From assembly GCA_003164925.1 (NCBI GenBank), contig PLRV01000025.1, positions 22,755 through 86,754 of the forward strand: 64,000 bases of DNA. The letters are read 5' to 3'. The notes below the pieces were generated by a model. The model had not been told where the DNA came from and searched no databases. It was given only the letters and a program-made list of their open reading frames with translations. Source of the stretch: Caulobacteraceae bacterium (GTDB lineage: Bacteria; Pseudomonadota; Alphaproteobacteria; Caulobacterales; Caulobacteraceae). A program made the translations under genes and the position numbers. Below, in pieces: positions 61,174 through 64,000 of this stretch (positions within the stretch are counted from its first letter, which is position 1; every line of letters starts with the position of its first letter).

Positions 61174-64000
61174 GCCCCGACCCGCAGCGTCTGGCCGCCG
61201 ATCCCGCCGGCTCGGCGTTCGTGACGGCCAATGCCGGCTCGGGCAAGACCACCACCCTGGTGGCGCGGGTGGCGCGCCTGTTGCTGGCCGGCGCTGACCC
61301 GGCGGCGATCCTGTGCGTGACCTACACCAAGGCCGCCGCCGCCGAGATGCAGCAGCGCCTGTTCCGTCAGCTGGGTTTGTGGTCGGTGATGGAGGACTTG
61401 GCGTTGCGCAGCCAGCTGGAGAGGCTGGATGGCAGTGGCGAGGCCGCCGATAAAGCCGCCCTGTCGCGCGCGCGCGCGTTGTTCGCCCGCGCCCTGGAAA
61501 CCCCCGGCGGACTGAAGATTCAGACTATCCACGCCTTCTGCGAGAAGCTTCTGCGGCGCTTTCCGCTGGAGGCCGAGGTCTCGCCGGGCTTCAAGGTGAT
61601 GGACGACGCCGACGCCGACGCTATCGCCCAGGCCGCGCGCGCCGATGTGGCCAAGGCCGCCCTGCGCGGCGTGGGCGCCTTGGCGCAAGCCTATGCCCGG
61701 CTGTCGGTGGCTCTGGATTTCGACGCCTTTCAGCAGATGTTCCGCGCCTTCGAGGACCGACGCGCGTCCCTGGCCGACTACACCGGCCGCTGCGGCGGCC
61801 TTCAGGGCGTGGCGGCCGACGTGTGGATCCGTTGCGGCTTTGACGAGCCCACGTCGCCCGAAGCCATCGAACAGGACGCCGCCGCGGCCATCGACCCGCA
61901 TCTGTGGCGAGCGGCGGCGCAAGCGCTCCTGGCCGGCGGCAAGCGGGATGGCGTCTGCGGTCAGGCCATGGCCGCCGTGGCCGAGGCGGCGGCTTCGGGC
62001 GGGGCGCGCTTCGCCGATGCCCTGACAGCCCTTTTCACCAAGGAAGGCGAGCCGGCGGCCCTGGTCCGGACCAGCACGGCTCTGAAGACCCGCGAGGACC
62101 TGCGCGCGCGCCTGCTGGACGAGCAGGACCGGTTGACCGCCGCCCAGGAGCGGGCCCGCGCGGCGCGCACCGCCGAGGATACCCTGCAGGCCCTGGTCTT
62201 GGCCCAGGCCTATGTGGCCGCCTATGAGATCGAAAAACGCGCCCGCGGCCGGCTGGATTTCGCCGACCTGATCCTGAAGACCTCGGCCCTGCTAAACGTG
62301 CGCGCCGACGCGGCTTGGGTGCTCTACAAGCTGGACGGCGGCGTGGACCACATCCTGCTGGACGAAGCCCAGGACACGGCGCCCGAACAATGGTCGATCA
62401 TCAAGGCCTTCACGGCCGAGTTTTTCGCCGGCGCCGGACGGCCCCGCCTGCGCCCGGGCCTGGAGCGCAGCCTGTTCGTGGTCGGCGACGAGAAGCAGTC
62501 AATCTATTCGTTCCAAGGCGCCGATCCGCATCTGCTGCGTATTGAAACCCAGGCCTATGTGGAGATGATTGCGGCCGCTGGCCAAAGCGCGCGCCCAGTG
62601 CAGCTCGCCCAGTCCTGGCGCTCCACGCCACAGGTGCTGAGCTTCGTGGACGCGGTGTTCGCCGATCCGGCCGTTTGGACCGGCGTGCCGCCCGCCCTGG
62701 GCGAAACGGTGGTCGCCCACATCGCCATGCGCACCGGCGACGCGGGCTGCGTGGACCTATGGCCCCTGGAGCGCGAAGCCTCCGGCGCCGAGCGCCTGGC
62801 CTGGGACGATCCGCTCGATCTGGAAGGGCCCGGCAACGCCAATCGGCGCCTGGCCGAGCGCATCGCCGGGGAGATCGAGGGCCTGATCGCCCGCGGCGAG
62901 ACGGTGTTCGACAAGGACCAGCGCCGACGGCGGCCAGCCCACGCCGGCGACGTGCTGATCCTTGTCCGGCGAAGGCGGGCCCTGTTCGATGAGATCCTGC
63001 GCGCGCTCAAGCGGCGGAGCCTGCCGGTGGCCGGCGCCGACCGGCTCAGCCTGTCGCAGCACATCCTGTTTGACGACCTTACGGCCCTGGCGCGCTTCAT
63101 TCAGTACCCGGATGATGATCTGACCCTGGCCGCTCTGCTCAAGAGCCCTTTGTGCGGCCTGGACGAGGAGGCCCTTTTCGCCTTGGCCTATGGGCGCGAC
63201 CGCTCGCTCTGGTCCGTTCTGGAAGCGCGCGCCCCCGAACGCCCCGACTGGCGCGCGGCCCAGGCCCTGCTGGCCAAGGCGCGGCTCCAGGCCGGACGCC
63301 ATCGGCCCTTCGACTTCTACGCCCGCATGCTGGGCTGGGCAGACGAGGATGGAGCTTCCGTGCGCCGGCGCATCCTGGAGCGTCTGGGCGCGGAGGCCGA
63401 GGAAGTGTTGGAGGAGTTCCTGGCCCAAACCCTGGCCGCTGAGCGCCGGGGCGTGGCCGATATGGAGCGTCTGGCCGCCGAGTTTGCCGGGCTCGACATC
63501 ACCGTCAAGCGCGAGATGGACGAGGCGCGCGGCGAGGTGCGGGTGATGACCGTACACGGCGCCAAGGGCCTGGAGGCGCCCATCGTCATCATGCCGGAAA
63601 CCACGGTGAAGAAGGGCGCGCGCGGCTCGCCCCTGCTGCAGACGGAAGACGGCGGCTTCCTGTGGGCGCAGACGGCCAGACAGGACTGCAAAGCGTCCAA
63701 AGCCGCGCGCGCCTGGCGCGAGCTGAAGGAAGAGGAGGAGGCTCAGCGCCTGTTCTATGTGGGTCTGACCCGTGCGCGCGACCGCCTGATCCTCTGTGGC
63801 CGGATCGCCGCCAACGCCAAGCTGGAGAACGTCGGCGGCTGGTACGGCGCGGCCGAGGCCGCCCTGGCCCGGCCGGACATCGAACCGCATGTGCGCATGG
63901 TCGAGCGCGACGGCGTTCAGACGCGACGCTTCGGGCCCGATCCCGAGATCCTGCCGCTGGAAGCAGAGGCGGAGGCCGCCCAGGCCGCCCTGCCCGCCTG
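61170..64000 (+). CDS. addA: Double-strand break repair helicase AddA (UvrD-like), 5' part; runs off the right edge
   Basis: I translated MSPDPQRLAADPAGSAFVTANAGSGKTTTLVARV (Walker A), then later HILLDEAQDT, FVVGDEKQSIYSFQGAD, SWRSTPQVL and VMTVHGAKGLEAPIV. There is no stop in this frame to the window end. It is absent from the ORF track because it is open-ended. Confidence 0.85.
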   Translation, partial: MSPDPQRLAADPAGSAFVTANAGSGKTTTLVARVARLLLAGADPAAILCVTYTKAAAAEMQQRLFRQLGLWSVMEDLALRSQLERLDGSGEAADKAALSRARALFARALETPGGLKIQTIHAFCEKLLRRFPLEAEVSPGFKVMDDADADAIAQAARADVAKAALRGVGALAQAYARLSVALDFDAFQQMFRAFEDRRASLADYTGRCGGLQGVAADVWIRCGFDEPTSPEAIEQDAAAAIDPHLWRAAAQALLAGGKRDGVCGQAMAAVAEAAASGGARFADALTALFTKEGEPAALVRTSTALKTREDLRARLLDEQDRLTAAQERARAARTAEDTLQALVLAQAYVAAYEIEKRARGRLDFADLILKTSALLNVRADAAWVLYKLDGGVDHILLDEAQDTAPEQWSIIKAFTAEFFAGAGRPRLRPGLERSLFVVGDEKQSIYSFQGADPHLLRIETQAYVEMIAAAGQSARPVQLAQSWRSTPQVLSFVDAVFADPAVWTGVPPALGETVVAHIAMRTGDAGCVDLWPLEREASGAERLAWDDPLDLEGPGNANRRLAERIAGEIEGLIARGETVFDKDQRRRRPAHAGDVLILVRRRRALFDEILRALKRRSLPVAGADRLSLSQHILFDDLTALARFIQYPDDDLTLAALLKSPLCGLDEEALFALAYGRDRSLWSVLEARAPERPDWRAAQALLAKARLQAGRHRPFDFYARMLGWADEDGASVRRRILERLGAEAEEVLEEFLAQTLAAERRGVADMERLAAEFAGLDITVKREMDEARGEVRVMTVHGAKGLEAPIVIMPETTVKKGARGSPLLQTEDGGFLWAQTARQDCKASKAARAWRELKEEEEAQRLFYVGLTRARDRLILCGRIAANAKLENVGGWYGAAEAALARPDIEPHVRMVERDGVQTRRFGPDPEILPLEAEAEAAQAALPA

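Noticed and set aside
62757-63890. 377-aa minus-strand ORF
   Set aside because: It is antisense to addA. The plus-strand frame shows the UvrD helicase motifs (DEAQDT, VGDEKQSIYSFQGA, TVHGAKGLEAP) and stays open to the window end.

Overview
This is a 64-kb chromosomal segment from a high-GC alphaproteobacterium (about 65-70% GC by eye). Gene order and protein motifs look Caulobacterales-like. All product calls come from reading the supplied ORF translations and the DNA by eye; I ran no database search.

I support about 60 protein genes and 2 tRNAs (Leu-CAG, Ser-CGA). I found no rRNA, no CRISPR array and no intact IS element or prophage.

The core backbone reads:
- ptsN(partial)-hpf-rpoN-[aspartyl protease]-lptB-lptA-lptC-exonuclease-tRNA-Leu
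- uppP, gltD-gltB, an arsR/SRPBCC pair divergent from a CDF exporter, GST, queG
- aguB-aguA, an OmpA-family porin
- recR-ybaB-fdx-sdhBADC (minus strand), zapE, tsaE-amgK-murU-addB-addA(partial)

The accessory or atypical stretches are:
- (i) 19.9-23.5 kb: a low-GC Wzy-like / hotdog / Wzx-like block.
- (ii) 30.4-31.5 kb: an internally deleted integrase next to tRNA-Ser.
- (iii) 36.9-44.6 kb: an orphan 492-aa protein, a Ser/Thr-rich EF-hand protein with three 70-aa tandem repeats, a two-component system, a repeat-rich peptidoglycan-binding protein, and unusually long AT-rich intergenic regions.
- (iv) 45.1-48.9 kb: a DUF2282 precursor + DUF692 (MNIO) + DUF2063 + DoxX operon, divergent from an ECF sigma / NrsF-type anti-sigma pair.

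Block (iv) is the best candidate for the system of interest. It looks like a bufferin-type, cysteine-modifying RiPP metallophore locus under metal-stress ECF control. High GC produces many long antisense shadow ORFs in the track; these were rejected.
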